IMG/VR virus record: IMGVR_UViG_3300020147_000065
Location: 1 to 64,000 of that record
Reading direction: 5' to 3' (one strand)
DNA: 64,000 nt
Of the stretch, positions 37,086 to 46,511 are shown piece after piece. The notes under the pieces are model-generated. The model worked only from the letters and a program-made list of their open reading frames with translations. It was not told the DNA's origin and did not search any database. The position numbers were made by a program, and so were the translations under genes. The number at the start of each line of letters is the position of its first letter. Position 1 is the stretch's first letter.

Positions 37086-37307
37086 ATGATTATCAAAATT
37101 GATGGCAAACTTGTTTGTGGAATTTGCTTCATGGATGCTGAATTGGTGGAAAGCGGGTGTGGGCGATCCGACTGCCCTTACCGAGATGGTGCAAACGATG
37201 AAGTGTGTCATTTATGCGGGAAACCCATGAAAGAACACAACGATGTTGCTTGTCGGGAAGAGGTAAGGGAGGATAGAAATGGAGAACAATACTACGGGGT
37301 TAATTAG
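37086..37307 (+). CDS. small Cys-rich protein
   Basis: GAGGAGG RBS; CGIC, CHLC. Confidence 0.6.
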   Translation: MIIKIDGKLVCGICFMDAELVESGCGRSDCPYRDGANDEVCHLCGKPMKEHNDVACREEVREDRNGEQYYGVN

Positions 37308-38052
37308 TCGCGGTTTAGGCCGACGTGTTCCTCCCGATTGGGAACACGTAAATAATTTTCCTCTTCGTGCTTTAGGTCGTAGCACCATTGCTAATGTCGA
37401 ATCAACTTTAATTCTACCTACGTGGGTTGCAGAACACGATCAGGGAAGTGAAGGCGCGTGTGTTGGTTTTGGCACATCTATGATGTTAGCTATAATCAAC
37501 GAGAATCAGTGCCGAAATCAGGGGGCACAGGGTGTAAATATCCGATATAACCCCTGGTGGCTATGGAATCAGGCAAAGATGCGTGATCCCTTCGCTGACA
37601 CCAATCCTGGCGACCACAATGGTACTACCGTTCGTGCAGCCTGTGAAGTGTTGCGCGATCTCGGACACGTACTCTGGAACATCGAGAATCCAACTTGTGT
37701 AGATAACTGCACACCAGACCTCAACTTTGGTGTATCTGCCTTCCGCTGGGCTACATCTGTTGATGAAGTCCGAACCGCTATTGGAACCAACTCACCTCTT
37801 TCTATTGGTGTAAACTGGTATTCAGGATTTGATAGTCCTGAAGAAAAGAATGGTGAAGCCTGGATTACCTCTTTTGGTTATCAGCGTGGTGGACACTGTG
37901 TTTGTGTCTATGCTGCCTCAGATAAGAGACAGGCTATTGGTTTTGTTAACTCATGGGGTAGAAACTACCCACGGTTGACATGGGTTAGCTATGCTGACTT
38001 TGATAGGCTAATTAGGGAAGAAGGGGAAATCGCGGTCGTGACAGACCGATGA
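37279..38052 (+). CDS. papain-like (C1) cysteine peptidase
   Basis: DQGSEGACVGF (oxyanion Gln, catalytic Cys), GGHCVCV (His), FVNSWG (Asn). Confidence 0.9.
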   Translation: MENNTTGLISRGLGRRVPPDWEHVNNFPLRALGRSTIANVESTLILPTWVAEHDQGSEGACVGFGTSMMLAIINENQCRNQGAQGVNIRYNPWWLWNQAKMRDPFADTNPGDHNGTTVRAACEVLRDLGHVLWNIENPTCVDNCTPDLNFGVSAFRWATSVDEVRTAIGTNSPLSIGVNWYSGFDSPEEKNGEAWITSFGYQRGGHCVCVYAASDKRQAIGFVNSWGRNYPRLTWVSYADFDRLIREEGEIAVVTDR

Positions 38053-38078
38053 TCGGTAATTATTGCAACTTGTAAAGT

Positions 38079-38112
38079 AAACCTCCGTCAGATAAAGACG
38101 GAGGTTTCTTTT
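38079..38112 (+). promoter_or_regulatory. terminator-like hairpin that also occludes the HNH RBS
   Basis: AAACCTCCGTC / GACGGAGGTTT stem with GGAGG, then CTTTT-ATG. Confidence 0.75.
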
Positions 38113-38871
38113 ATGAAAAAGAAATGCACACGATGTGGTATCGAAAAACACGAAGACGAGTTCAGGAAAGCGAAGGGTTATAAGAATGGAATTTACAGTC
38201 AATGTAAACTCTGCGAAAAGGAAAAATTAGAAGAATGGCGAAAAGCCAATCCTGATAAGTTCAAAGCACAACAAAAAAGAACAGACCGAAATAAAAACAA
38301 TGAGAAGGCTGCGCGTTATCGAGAAACACATAGAGAGAAGGTAAACGAAGCCGCCAAAGAGCGACGTAAGGAAAATTCAGGAAAAGAAAAGCCTGAAATC
38401 AAAGAGTTAAAATGCACTTCCTGTGGTCACACTAAAGAAGCATCAAAACATTTCTTTAAGGATAAAAGCACAGCAACAGGGTATAAGTTCATTTGTAAAG
38501 ATTGCTACAAAGACACTGACTATTATAAGAACCGCAAGAAAACTAATAATCGAACTCCGGCTTCTCGTGAATCAAAGAATAAATGGAAGAAAAGAAATCC
38601 TGAGAAGGTTAGACAGGATACCAGAGACAGACGTTTATTCCGTAGGGTCGGTAGAGATAAAGAGGCATTAGAATATGCTAAAGTACTACGTAATGATCCT
38701 TGTTCCTATTGTGGTAAACCTGGGCCGTCCACGGTGGATCATATAATCCCAGTATCTAAAGGTGGAACAAATGATATTTCCAATTTGACTGCTGCTTGTG
38801 CTGACTGCAATTCATTAAAACACAATAAGGACGTGTTAACTTTCATGTTACAAAGAGTAACTGATAGATAA
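38113..38871 (+). CDS. HNH homing endonuclease with Cys-rich N-terminal repeats
   Basis: CSYCG...TVDHIIPVSKGGTNDISNLTAACADCNSLK; KKCTRCG and KCTSCG repeats. Confidence 0.92.
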   Translation: MKKKCTRCGIEKHEDEFRKAKGYKNGIYSQCKLCEKEKLEEWRKANPDKFKAQQKRTDRNKNNEKAARYRETHREKVNEAAKERRKENSGKEKPEIKELKCTSCGHTKEASKHFFKDKSTATGYKFICKDCYKDTDYYKNRKKTNNRTPASRESKNKWKKRNPEKVRQDTRDRRLFRRVGRDKEALEYAKVLRNDPCSYCGKPGPSTVDHIIPVSKGGTNDISNLTAACADCNSLKHNKDVLTFMLQRVTDR

Positions 38872-38873
38872 GG

Positions 38874-38902
38874 AAAAGGGAAGCTTTTAAAGCTTCCCTT
38901 TT
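38874..38902. terminator. bidirectional terminator
   Basis: AAAAGGGAAGC / GCTTCCCTTTT. Confidence 0.8.
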
Positions 38903-38903
38903 C

Positions 38904-39125
38904 TCATTCCTTACCATGTTTTTTAAAGTATTCCCGTTTCTTAACAGAAATCCGAGCCTCGATTTGATCAGCCACAGTATCTCTTCCTCGTTCACGAAAT
39001 GCATCAGCCAATCTCTGAGCAAGCAATAAGACGGAATCCGGTTCGGTCGAATTAACGGCAAGGTCAACCCATTGTACTAAACCGTTTTCTAATTGTTCTG
39101 TTGTATAAGGTTTTGGATCAGCCAT
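38904..39125 (-). CDS. hypothetical protein
   Basis: GAGG RBS. Confidence 0.6.
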   Translation of the reverse strand: MADPKPYTTEQLENGLVQWVDLAVNSTEPDSVLLLAQRLADAFRERGRDTVADQIEARISVKKREYFKKHGKE

Positions 39126-39324
39126 TATTATCCTCGTGTTTTTGCCAAGACAGATAAATCAAATCATGAATCTTTGCAGCCATAATCTCAGCATCCCCAA
39201 GAGTAACACTACTTGGGAGATTCACCCAAAGGAAATTGTTAATTTGTTCTTTTAAATCCTCTGGTATTTCCTCTGGTAATAATGTAAATCCAACTTGTGG
39301 AAATGTGTTTTCTTCAACCATCAT
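39118..39324 (-). CDS. hypothetical protein
   Basis: start set at ATG 39324 after GGAGG. Confidence 0.6.
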   Translation of the reverse strand: MMVEENTFPQVGFTLLPEEIPEDLKEQINNFLWVNLPSSVTLGDAEIMAAKIHDLIYLSWQKHEDNNG

Positions 39325-39651
39325 ATCCTCCTTCAATCTCAACTTCTCTGGTGCCATATGATATAAAAGGTTTCATACCTTCTTTTCTATCGTATTTCTC
39401 TATCAGGTCATGAACATTTGTACCAAAGAAAATTGTTTCTTTTAAACGAAGAATTCTTTTAAAAAACCAGATTCGTTTTTGCTGTTCGTAATAACGTGTC
39501 GCGTAAGCCTCTCTTGAAAAGCATCAAGATAAACATCATAGTGATTACCAGTCAGCCTGTATAAGGCGCAAGCCACGGGGCACGATTGTGCTGATTTGGG
39601 GCGACCTTTATCAATATCTTCCTGTGTCACGGTTAAACAAAAACTTGACAT
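39314..39651 (-). pseudogene. frameshifted gene (or programmed -1 frameshift), paralog of 40490..40780
   Basis: 0-frame stops at 39442; -1 frame continues ...VHDLIEKYDRKEGMKPF...EVEIE to 39314, matching the paralog C-terminus; U_UUU_UUA at 39460-39466. Confidence 0.6.
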
Positions 39652-39653
39652 AA

Positions 39654-40493
39654 TTAAATTCCTAATGGTGGTTTGGGAATACTAAACCCGGCTGCGGTTC
39701 GATGACCGCCGCCTCCCCTTTTCTTAGCAATCAAGCTTACGTCTACATCACCGGATTTAGAAGAACGCATGGAGAAAACTCTCTTGTCTTCAGTATCAAA
39801 ATACATCACAACAAACGGGTAATCATTAGCCAGAGCATCACCAATTTCACTTATCATGTTAGTAGCATTGATGCAGGGCACCCGATAGCCATCTAACTCA
39901 ATCATTGGTAGCTTCCTACGCATAATAGTACCAATTTGCTGCTGTTGATAGCGCAGGATAGCCTCACCATCATTAGCCAGTTGATCCAAACCAAAACCAT
40001 TTAAATAACTATCCCAGTTGGATTGTAGCATCGGCATTGATTTGAGTCCAGCAGACAATTCACGGCTGCGTAATAACTCAAACTTCCAGAGATCATAATC
40101 CTCAATGTATTTTAAGAATAAAGGTACAGGTTCGAACTCAAAGAAATACTTCCATGCTAAGACGGCACCCGAATGATTCATATCAAAAACGATGTCATCA
40201 CTTATAAGGTCTTTAAGGTTTTCCTCTGCTGTTTTGTGATGGTCAATGACAACAACCCAATCAGCCTTCTCTTGCATATCTTCGATGACGGCCCGTGGAA
40301 AGCTAAAATCAACCATGATGATGTTGTCACCCGGCTCTACAGATAATGGTTCATCACCATATTGACTTGCAATGAACTCAACATTATTTCTAACAAAGTC
40401 AAAGTTGTAGTCACGAAGTAGCCAACGACGCACAACCATCATTCCCGCAAATCCGTCTGCACAACAACCATGATAATAAACAACGTATCTCAT
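39654..40493 (-). CDS. DHH/DHHA1 phosphoesterase (NrnB-like)
   Basis: YHGCCADG, VDFS, IDHHK, GGGGHRTAAGF. Confidence 0.92.
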   Translation of the reverse strand: MRYVVYYHGCCADGFAGMMVVRRWLLRDYNFDFVRNNVEFIASQYGDEPLSVEPGDNIIMVDFSFPRAVIEDMQEKADWVVVIDHHKTAEENLKDLISDDIVFDMNHSGAVLAWKYFFEFEPVPLFLKYIEDYDLWKFELLRSRELSAGLKSMPMLQSNWDSYLNGFGLDQLANDGEAILRYQQQQIGTIMRRKLPMIELDGYRVPCINATNMISEIGDALANDYPFVVMYFDTEDKRVFSMRSSKSGDVDVSLIAKKRGGGGHRTAAGFSIPKPPLGI

Positions 40494-40780
40494 TTCACAG
40501 TCTCCACTTCTATTTCAAAGCAACCCACGGACATTCTTCTACCTTTATCGAACCGTTCAATGTCGGTGGCAAGAGGTTTTGGAATTTCACATACTTTAGT
40601 TCCTGTGAACGAATTATCTGAACCCATCCAAAAATCCTCAGCAGGATATACTTGCCAACTACCACCTAATGTTCTATTAAGTGCTTTAGCTACCGGACAA
40701 CATTCGGAATCACCTGGTACGGCATGAAGAATGTCACCAGGAGTAATAGAAACTTTAACTTTTTCTCTGGTCACTTTCAT
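40490..40780 (-). CDS. hypothetical protein (IT..DI...CPVA.AL family)
   Basis: paralog of 39314..39651. Confidence 0.65.
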   Translation of the reverse strand: MKVTREKVKVSITPGDILHAVPGDSECCPVAKALNRTLGGSWQVYPAEDFWMGSDNSFTGTKVCEIPKPLATDIERFDKGRRMSVGCFEIEVETVK

Positions 40781-41370
40781 TTCCTATTTCCTTTCAGAAG
40801 TTCAAGGTATTTCTCATCTTGTAGCTCTTTCAACATGTTACAGAATAAGACACCTTGTTCAATAGCGTCGTCAAGTGCCTTGTGTGTATGACGATGACCT
40901 TTACCAAACCATCGGTTTGGCATATTCTTTTTGATAGACTGTCTGTAAGGTGTACCCATCATCGCCATCGCAAAGCTTTTGATGTCGAGAGCCGACCACG
41001 AGAAGGGGCTACGGCCAGCAAATCGAATCATATACCAATACATGAATAGAAAGTCAAAACCAGCAGGGTAGGCGACAAATACTGGCTTGTATTCTTTAAA
41101 GCTTTCTATCCATTCAACATACCGTGTCATAGCATATTTAGGATCAGCAGGGTCTTCTCTACATGCTGCCCATGCTTCCGGTTGTGTCTCCCACCACTTC
41201 ATCGTGTCAGGATCGCCTTGCGCATCAGGCAGTGTTTTGAGATTCATTTCAAAACATGCCAACATACTCCCATCCTCAGTAAAAGCAGCCGACGCAAAAG
41301 AAAGCATCGAGTGTGGACCAGGAATCTTTCCGTCAGTCTCTATATCTGTCGAAAAGTAAAGTTCTTTCAT
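40777..41370 (-). CDS. DEDDh 3'-5' exonuclease (RNase AS / DUF5051-like)
   Basis: [32 protein letters not shown]. Confidence 0.88.
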   Translation of the reverse strand: MKELYFSTDIETDGKIPGPHSMLSFASAAFTEDGSMLACFEMNLKTLPDAQGDPDTMKWWETQPEAWAACREDPADPKYAMTRYVEWIESFKEYKPVFVAYPAGFDFLFMYWYMIRFAGRSPFSWSALDIKSFAMAMMGTPYRQSIKKNMPNRWFGKGHRHTHKALDDAIEQGVLFCNMLKELQDEKYLELLKGNRK

Positions 41371-41738
41371 AAAAATTCCTCATTTCGTTTCTTGCGTCGT
41401 TCGAGGTTACGCGCTGTGCCGGATTTCTCTCGACCAGGACGTACCCATGCAATATCGTAATCGGATGCCGCAGTCATGGCGGCATCCTTAGCAGTTTGTG
41501 AAGGATACTCACCACGGGTGGGAAATCCTGCATTGTTTCTCGGCGTCTGGTGGGTGTGATAAATTATTGCATGACCACATAGAGCCTTAATTAGATACTG
41601 GGCCATTTTATCGGCCCCGGCAGCATCACCAATAACAAATGTATGATGAAGGGTGATCGCATCATTTATCTGGTCACAGTAATGCTGCTCAAATTCTTCC
41701 TGGGTCAGGTCTAAATGACCACTAACAAAAGCTATCAC
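41367..41738 (-). CDS. SLOG-like nucleotide-binding protein
   Basis: [24 protein letters not shown]...SGTARN. Confidence 0.6.
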   Translation of the reverse strand: MIAFVSGHLDLTQEEFEQHYCDQINDAITLHHTFVIGDAAGADKMAQYLIKALCGHAIIYHTHQTPRNNAGFPTRGEYPSQTAKDAAMTAASDYDIAWVRPGREKSGTARNLERRKKRNEEFL

Positions 41739-41941
41739 TCAATTTCCTTTCTCATTATTAGATAGCCAAACGCTATGAATACATTTAACATGGCCCATAG
41801 CGAGAACAAGAATGATAGCTCGAATCGCAACATAAGGCGGGTAAACAAATCAATATTTGCGGTTCTGACTACATATTCAAAGGTGGCCACGGGGGATAAA
41901 ATAAAAACAGCCAGAAGAAGTTGAAGAACTAAACTTTTCAT
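41735..41941 (-). CDS. small membrane protein
   Basis: two hydrophobic helices. Confidence 0.55.
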   Translation of the reverse strand: MKSLVLQLLLAVFILSPVATFEYVVRTANIDLFTRLMLRFELSFLFSLWAMLNVFIAFGYLIMRKEIE

Positions 41942-42441
41942 AATTCATCCGCCAGACTTTTGATCCACTCGTAATCATCCTGAGTATAACCAAAACGCTC
42001 TTTGTTTATCTCGATTGATTTGTAGATGTCTCCAGTGATATGTTTGCGACAGGCCGCTCTCCAGTCACAGACCATTTCAATTCTATCTAATGCACACATT
42101 CTATTGTATGCCTGTCCATCCTCAATATCTTCATCTTTTAAAAGGTAATATTGAGGATGGTGTGAATTGTGAGCATAATGATGAACAAGAGATTTAGCAA
42201 CACTTCCAAGTGATTCTTTGTATGCATCAGAACCATAATCCGACTCCCGTGGATAGCTTGTACGTGCAAATGCTTCTGCTTCTACCCATTGATACTTACT
42301 CATATCATGCATTATAGCTCTCCACATTAGCTTTGCACAAACTCGTGTCATGTAATAGACAACCCAAAACTTATGTATTGTAGTTTGATACTGGGTTACC
42401 ACATAACCTTTCCACGGGAATGATTTTAGATTCTCCACCAC
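41938..42441 (-). CDS. HD-like protein (DUF5662-like)
   Basis: HKFWV, HDMSKY, HHYAHNSHHPQYY, EMVCDW. Confidence 0.75.
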   Translation of the reverse strand: MVENLKSFPWKGYVVTQYQTTIHKFWVVYYMTRVCAKLMWRAIMHDMSKYQWVEAEAFARTSYPRESDYGSDAYKESLGSVAKSLVHHYAHNSHHPQYYLLKDEDIEDGQAYNRMCALDRIEMVCDWRAACRKHITGDIYKSIEINKERFGYTQDDYEWIKSLADEL

Positions 42442-42956
42442 GGTTTACTCACTTTCTTTTCTTTGTCTTTTTCGTCCAGTTCTGCTTTGGCTGCTCTACG
42501 TCTGGTTTCTTCCTCTGCTTCAAGCTGATACTCACGATATTTTGACATCGTGTATCTTTCATCTTCAAGGAAAGATACATAGCTTAGTAAATCATATACA
42601 GAACGGTTCTGGTCCATGTAAAGAAATGCTTCATTATAGAAATGGTCATATCCTGCTCGTGGAAAATAAGCGAATAAGGTTTTTCTTTCGCCGTGAGGGC
42701 AAACTTCAAACTTTCGTCCTTCGTAAGTGAAAGCTACCGATCTATCCTCGGATTTATATCGAGTTACCTCTTCCAATTCTCTCGCATTGAACTTTGCGTT
42801 TTCGAGAAATGTCTCAAAGGAAATCTCATAAAAAATTTTATTAAAAGACTGCCAACAGGTATGCTTAACAGCTAATTCATTATCTTTATAAGCCTTTTCT
42901 TTGTTGGCAAAGGCCCACTGGTCAATAGGTCTTTCGTTAATTGATTCATCAGTCAT
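42426..42956 (-). CDS. hypothetical protein
   Basis: 176 aa coupled ORF. Confidence 0.6.
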   Translation of the reverse strand: MTDESINERPIDQWAFANKEKAYKDNELAVKHTCWQSFNKIFYEISFETFLENAKFNARELEEVTRYKSEDRSVAFTYEGRKFEVCPHGERKTLFAYFPRAGYDHFYNEAFLYMDQNRSVYDLLSYVSFLEDERYTMSKYREYQLEAEEETRRRAAKAELDEKDKEKKVSKPWWRI

Positions 42957-43542
42957 AACGAACTATACCCCCTTCTCCACCTAAACGAGCAATATAAAAC
43001 GGTGCGCTGGTGGTCATACAGTGCTTATTAGCCGCCTTGAGTGCGTTAAGCATTGTAGCTACTGGTGGGCAACCAATTTGATAAGTTGCGGCGAGGGCGC
43101 CCATCATAAAATCCTGACCGGAAGCATCCGCCCAGTATTCGGTAATCTCATCTACGTCAAACTCTTTATCAATCACAAAGAGTTTGTCACGATAACCTAA
43201 CATGAAGATAGTGTTGCTGCCACCCACGCGGTTACGCATCTCAGCCAAAGCACCATGATCTTCAAGTAAATCTCTAAAAACAGGCAACCATTCAGCCACG
43301 ATAAATTCTTCTACACCCATATTATCTGGATGCTTTACCTGACCGATTACATGCTTCCAGATTGCTGCTGCTCTCCCGTGGCCAGCATAAGCCACGAGCA
43401 TTTCATCTTTTTGTTCGGGACCATTTTTATGGATGAACAACTTACCTGCTACGGTTGAAATCATTGCTTCATCAGTAATAGCAGAGTCAGCACCCATTAC
43501 TATTCCGGTTGTGGTCACCATTCCTGCAATTAAACTCATCAT
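42949..43542 (-). CDS. Ntn-hydrolase, proteasome beta/HslV-like protein
   Basis: N-terminal SLIAGM...IVMGADS.IT, GK, ASGQDFMMGAL, TTSAPF. Confidence 0.7.
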   Translation of the reverse strand: MMSLIAGMVTTTGIVMGADSAITDEAMISTVAGKLFIHKNGPEQKDEMLVAYAGHGRAAAIWKHVIGQVKHPDNMGVEEFIVAEWLPVFRDLLEDHGALAEMRNRVGGSNTIFMLGYRDKLFVIDKEFDVDEITEYWADASGQDFMMGALAATYQIGCPPVATMLNALKAANKHCMTTSAPFYIARLGGEGGIVRYD

Positions 43543-43560
43543 TTTCTCCCATCAAGACAG

Positions 43561-43599
43561 ATTATACAGCAAAAAGGGGAGGCTGTCAAGCCTCCCCTT
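43561..43599 (-). promoter_or_regulatory. terminator hairpin whose loop is the TTGACA of a sigma70 promoter
   Basis: minus strand AAGGGGAGGC-TTGACA-GCCTCCCCTT-TTT...TATAAT with 17 nt spacer. Confidence 0.85.
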
Positions 43600-43601
43600 C
43601 C

Positions 43602-44207
43602 TCAGTGTACGTCACTTGTTGGACGTTTCCCAAATGTTCTAACCACATGGTCAAGACTCGCTTCGTATTCTTTAACCTCTTCTTCCTTCTTGCGTGTAAC
43701 AATTCCACAAACAATCATTGCGGCAAACGCAGAAGTCATAAGGTCAAGCGCGAGGCTCGGACCAATTGAAGGAAAATGAGAATCAAGATGACTTAAAATG
43801 ACTCCTGTTTGATTCTTTAGAATCCCAGCACATTGAGCGGTTGTGTAACTTTTCCATAGGTAAGCTCTTTGTGGAATAACATTGTGAGAAAATTGTCTCA
43901 ATGTTTCTTCATCTTGCTCCAACCTAAGTGCCCTGTAAGCGATTGCAGCCACTTTCCTAAAGGCACATAGCGCACGATGATCGCCAGCAAACTTAACCCA
44001 AAGAAGGCAACTCTCTTCCGCGTAGACATTTGCCATAACCATATAGTCCGCAAGCGTCTTAGAAGAACCGTCAGTTCGGTCGCCGCCAAGTGCATTCTGA
44101 TATTCGATTTCATCCGTGACGGCATCTAAAATCTCCTCAATTAGAGCACCGTATTCATTCTGGCTCATCGGTGGACTCTCCCTTCTTCTGCGCAATTTCA
44201 CGCGCAA
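43602..44207 (-). CDS. hypothetical helical protein
   Basis: 201 aa; start probably MSQNEY. Confidence 0.6.
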   Translation of the reverse strand: MRVKLRRRRESPPMSQNEYGALIEEILDAVTDEIEYQNALGGDRTDGSSKTLADYMVMANVYAEESCLLWVKFAGDHRALCAFRKVAAIAYRALRLEQDEETLRQFSHNVIPQRAYLWKSYTTAQCAGILKNQTGVILSHLDSHFPSIGPSLALDLMTSAFAAMIVCGIVTRKKEEEVKEYEASLDHVVRTFGKRPTSDVH

Positions 44208-45048
44208 TACATTGTTGATTCCAGGCAGAGGTAGGATAACTTTTCATAAAGTCACCATCTGCCTCACTGGTTTTCTTCATGAAAGCAAAGTAAGCAGCAT
44301 GGACGCGCTGAGGAGGTGTTAACACCGCGGTTTGCTCAATGAGTCCAGAACTCAGTGCAGCATCCATGATTTCTTCTTCGGTAAGAGTAAGATTACTTTC
44401 ATTTGGATTACCTTCAAGAGCATCAATAATATCAGAAAGATACTTTACTCTATCTTGACCATTGAAAGATGCCATATCATAAGCACGTTTAGCAAGTTCA
44501 TTTGAGGCTTCCGCTGTCCACAGGATTTCGGGATCATATCCCTTCAACCATCTTTGTATAAACTTGGAAGTATCAGCAATAATAGATTCGTAGGCTTCAG
44601 CCTCAGCTTTACCAATACGATTACTCATTTTGAATCCTTTGTCAGACAACTTGATTGTTTGCCAGCGTACTCGGCCCTCCTGAATACACCGTTTAATTTT
44701 TCTCTCGGTGGGCGTCAGTTGAGCGTTGCCGGTTTTCACGTCAACAAAAACAATCTCATTAATATCAGCATCATTTTCCCTGGCCGCGCTCATTCCATCA
44801 ATAACTACGTAATCGAATGGGCTACCAAAATGTTTACAATCTGAACCTAACCACGGCCAACCCTGCATAACAGGACCCATTTCTTCCCATAGTTGACCTT
44901 TAACTACATAGCGTTGCTTGTTCAAGGCATCAGCTATTTTCTTTTTCAGTTCCTTATCCCACTTTTTATCTATGAGCCATTTAACGAGGAGGCCAGTCAA
45001 AGTAGCGGTAACAAGGATACTTGCGCCTAAGATTATGTAAGATACCAT
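44155..45048 (-). CDS. Holliday junction resolvase-like endonuclease (PF10107-like) with N-terminal TM helix
   Basis: KGQLWEEMGP, FGSPFDYVVIDG, EIVFVDVKTGNAQLTPTERKIK. Confidence 0.8.
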   Translation of the reverse strand: MVSYIILGASILVTATLTGLLVKWLIDKKWDKELKKKIADALNKQRYVVKGQLWEEMGPVMQGWPWLGSDCKHFGSPFDYVVIDGMSAARENDADINEIVFVDVKTGNAQLTPTERKIKRCIQEGRVRWQTIKLSDKGFKMSNRIGKAEAEAYESIIADTSKFIQRWLKGYDPEILWTAEASNELAKRAYDMASFNGQDRVKYLSDIIDALEGNPNESNLTLTEEEIMDAALSSGLIEQTAVLTPPQRVHAAYFAFMKKTSEADGDFMKSYPTSAWNQQCIAREIAQKKGESTDEPE

Positions 45049-45254
45049 TTTCTATTTCCCTTTTAGGGTTGTAACCCATCCTCTGGCCCAGCCTTGAGAT
45101 GGCTGGGCCAATTACTACAAAGTATAACACAAGTAGCAGGACGATTACAAGTACCATTTTAGAAGTGACTCTTACAGATTATGCAACCATAACTAAAACC
45201 CAATGCAACAGGACAATTAGAAGGACAGCAGCAACGGCTGCGGCCCCAGCTAAT

Positions 45255-45830
45255 TTAAAGAAGTTTCTTCTGTTCATTTTTCTCATCCAATCTATCACAA
45301 TGAGCAACAAGAATAGTAAACACAGATAACATTTTCTGTTGCTTGTTTAACTCCGAACCTTTAGGTGCAATAAACATTTGATATGCGCGTTGTTTTATTG
45401 TCTCATGAGTAACAGAAATACCATAAGGATATAGTGCTCTTGTGTTTCCAATCAAGCCAGAAATAATATTCTGGGCAACTCTTTCCCGTGGATAGCCTGT
45501 GTCGTCTGACATATCAACAATCATATTCCAGCAGGAATCAGCCATACCTGAAGCTTCTTCTTTCGGGAATTTATATGCAGTAGCAAGAAGGCTGTAAAAA
45601 ATACCTTTTGTTTTAACATCCAAAGGAATATCTTTATATACCTCTGGATGCAATGCCATTAAAAAGCACTGCTCGGCGGTTAAACCTAAAACTTCTTCCG
45701 TTTGAGGTAATGGTTTTGGTTTATCTCTTTCTGCATTCTGTTCTTCAAGATATTTAATACCTTGATTCATTGGTAATGCTAAGAAGGTTGTTAGCATTGT
45801 TGATTTTGTGAGAAACTCTCTTCTATTCAT
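45255..45830 (-). CDS. protein with twin-arginine-like N-terminus
   Basis: MNRREFLTKS. Confidence 0.6.
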   Translation of the reverse strand: MNRREFLTKSTMLTTFLALPMNQGIKYLEEQNAERDKPKPLPQTEEVLGLTAEQCFLMALHPEVYKDIPLDVKTKGIFYSLLATAYKFPKEEASGMADSCWNMIVDMSDDTGYPRERVAQNIISGLIGNTRALYPYGISVTHETIKQRAYQMFIAPKGSELNKQQKMLSVFTILVAHCDRLDEKNEQKKLL

Positions 45831-46035
45831 TATCTCTCCTCATTTCACCCACCGCTAAAGAAACTGCAAACCAAAAGACAACTAAGATAGTTGCACAGCT
45901 AATTACCGAACCAATCTGATTCACAACATCTTTAGTTTGTCCGTAATACACATAAAATGCGTAAGCAGAATAGATGATAGACAAACTAATCATCAAAATC
46001 GACAAAGTCGCTAATATTTTACGTAACATTATCAT
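45823..46035 (-). CDS. small two-TM protein
   Basis: hydrophobic pattern. Confidence 0.55.
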   Translation of the reverse strand: MIMLRKILATLSILMISLSIIYSAYAFYVYYGQTKDVVNQIGSVISCATILVVFWFAVSLAVGEMRRDNE

Positions 46036-46511
46036 CCTTTCTGTAACTCAAACAAGTCAACTATCTCTTGCACCTTTTCTAAAGTTAAACCTTGTTGGGG
46101 ATCAGTCCTGACAAGATTGGTAACTTTACCACCTAATTGTTCATCCGACATATCATCAACTACAACGAATTGATTGATATGTTTATGTTCAATGTAGGTT
46201 TTGATTTGTTTATCTCGTCCAGCAAGTGCTTCATCAGAACACGTATGACCGATTAGCTTACCACGGGCATTGGCTCCCGCAATCAAAAGAATATATTCAA
46301 ATCCTTTAAGGCTGACATCGCAGCCGAGAATCATATATCTCCATGCAGAGCTAAGGACAATTCGCATTTCAGGGATTTTCTCGAAAAGCACATTGAGATT
46401 TTCTATGCAGTCTTGTCTTAATCCACAGTAACCATTCGGCCACCTTTCGTGACCATTTAGAACGCCGTCGCAGTCGAGAAACAGGATAGGTATGTTCGTC
46501 AGTCTTTGCAT
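46032..46511 (-). CDS. HAD domain protein (Swiss Army Knife RNA-repair type)
   Basis: ILFLDCDGVLN, IVLSSAWR, FVVVDD, GLT. Confidence 0.85.
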   Translation of the reverse strand: MQRLTNIPILFLDCDGVLNGHERWPNGYCGLRQDCIENLNVLFEKIPEMRIVLSSAWRYMILGCDVSLKGFEYILLIAGANARGKLIGHTCSDEALAGRDKQIKTYIEHKHINQFVVVDDMSDEQLGGKVTNLVRTDPQQGLTLEKVQEIVDLFELQKG

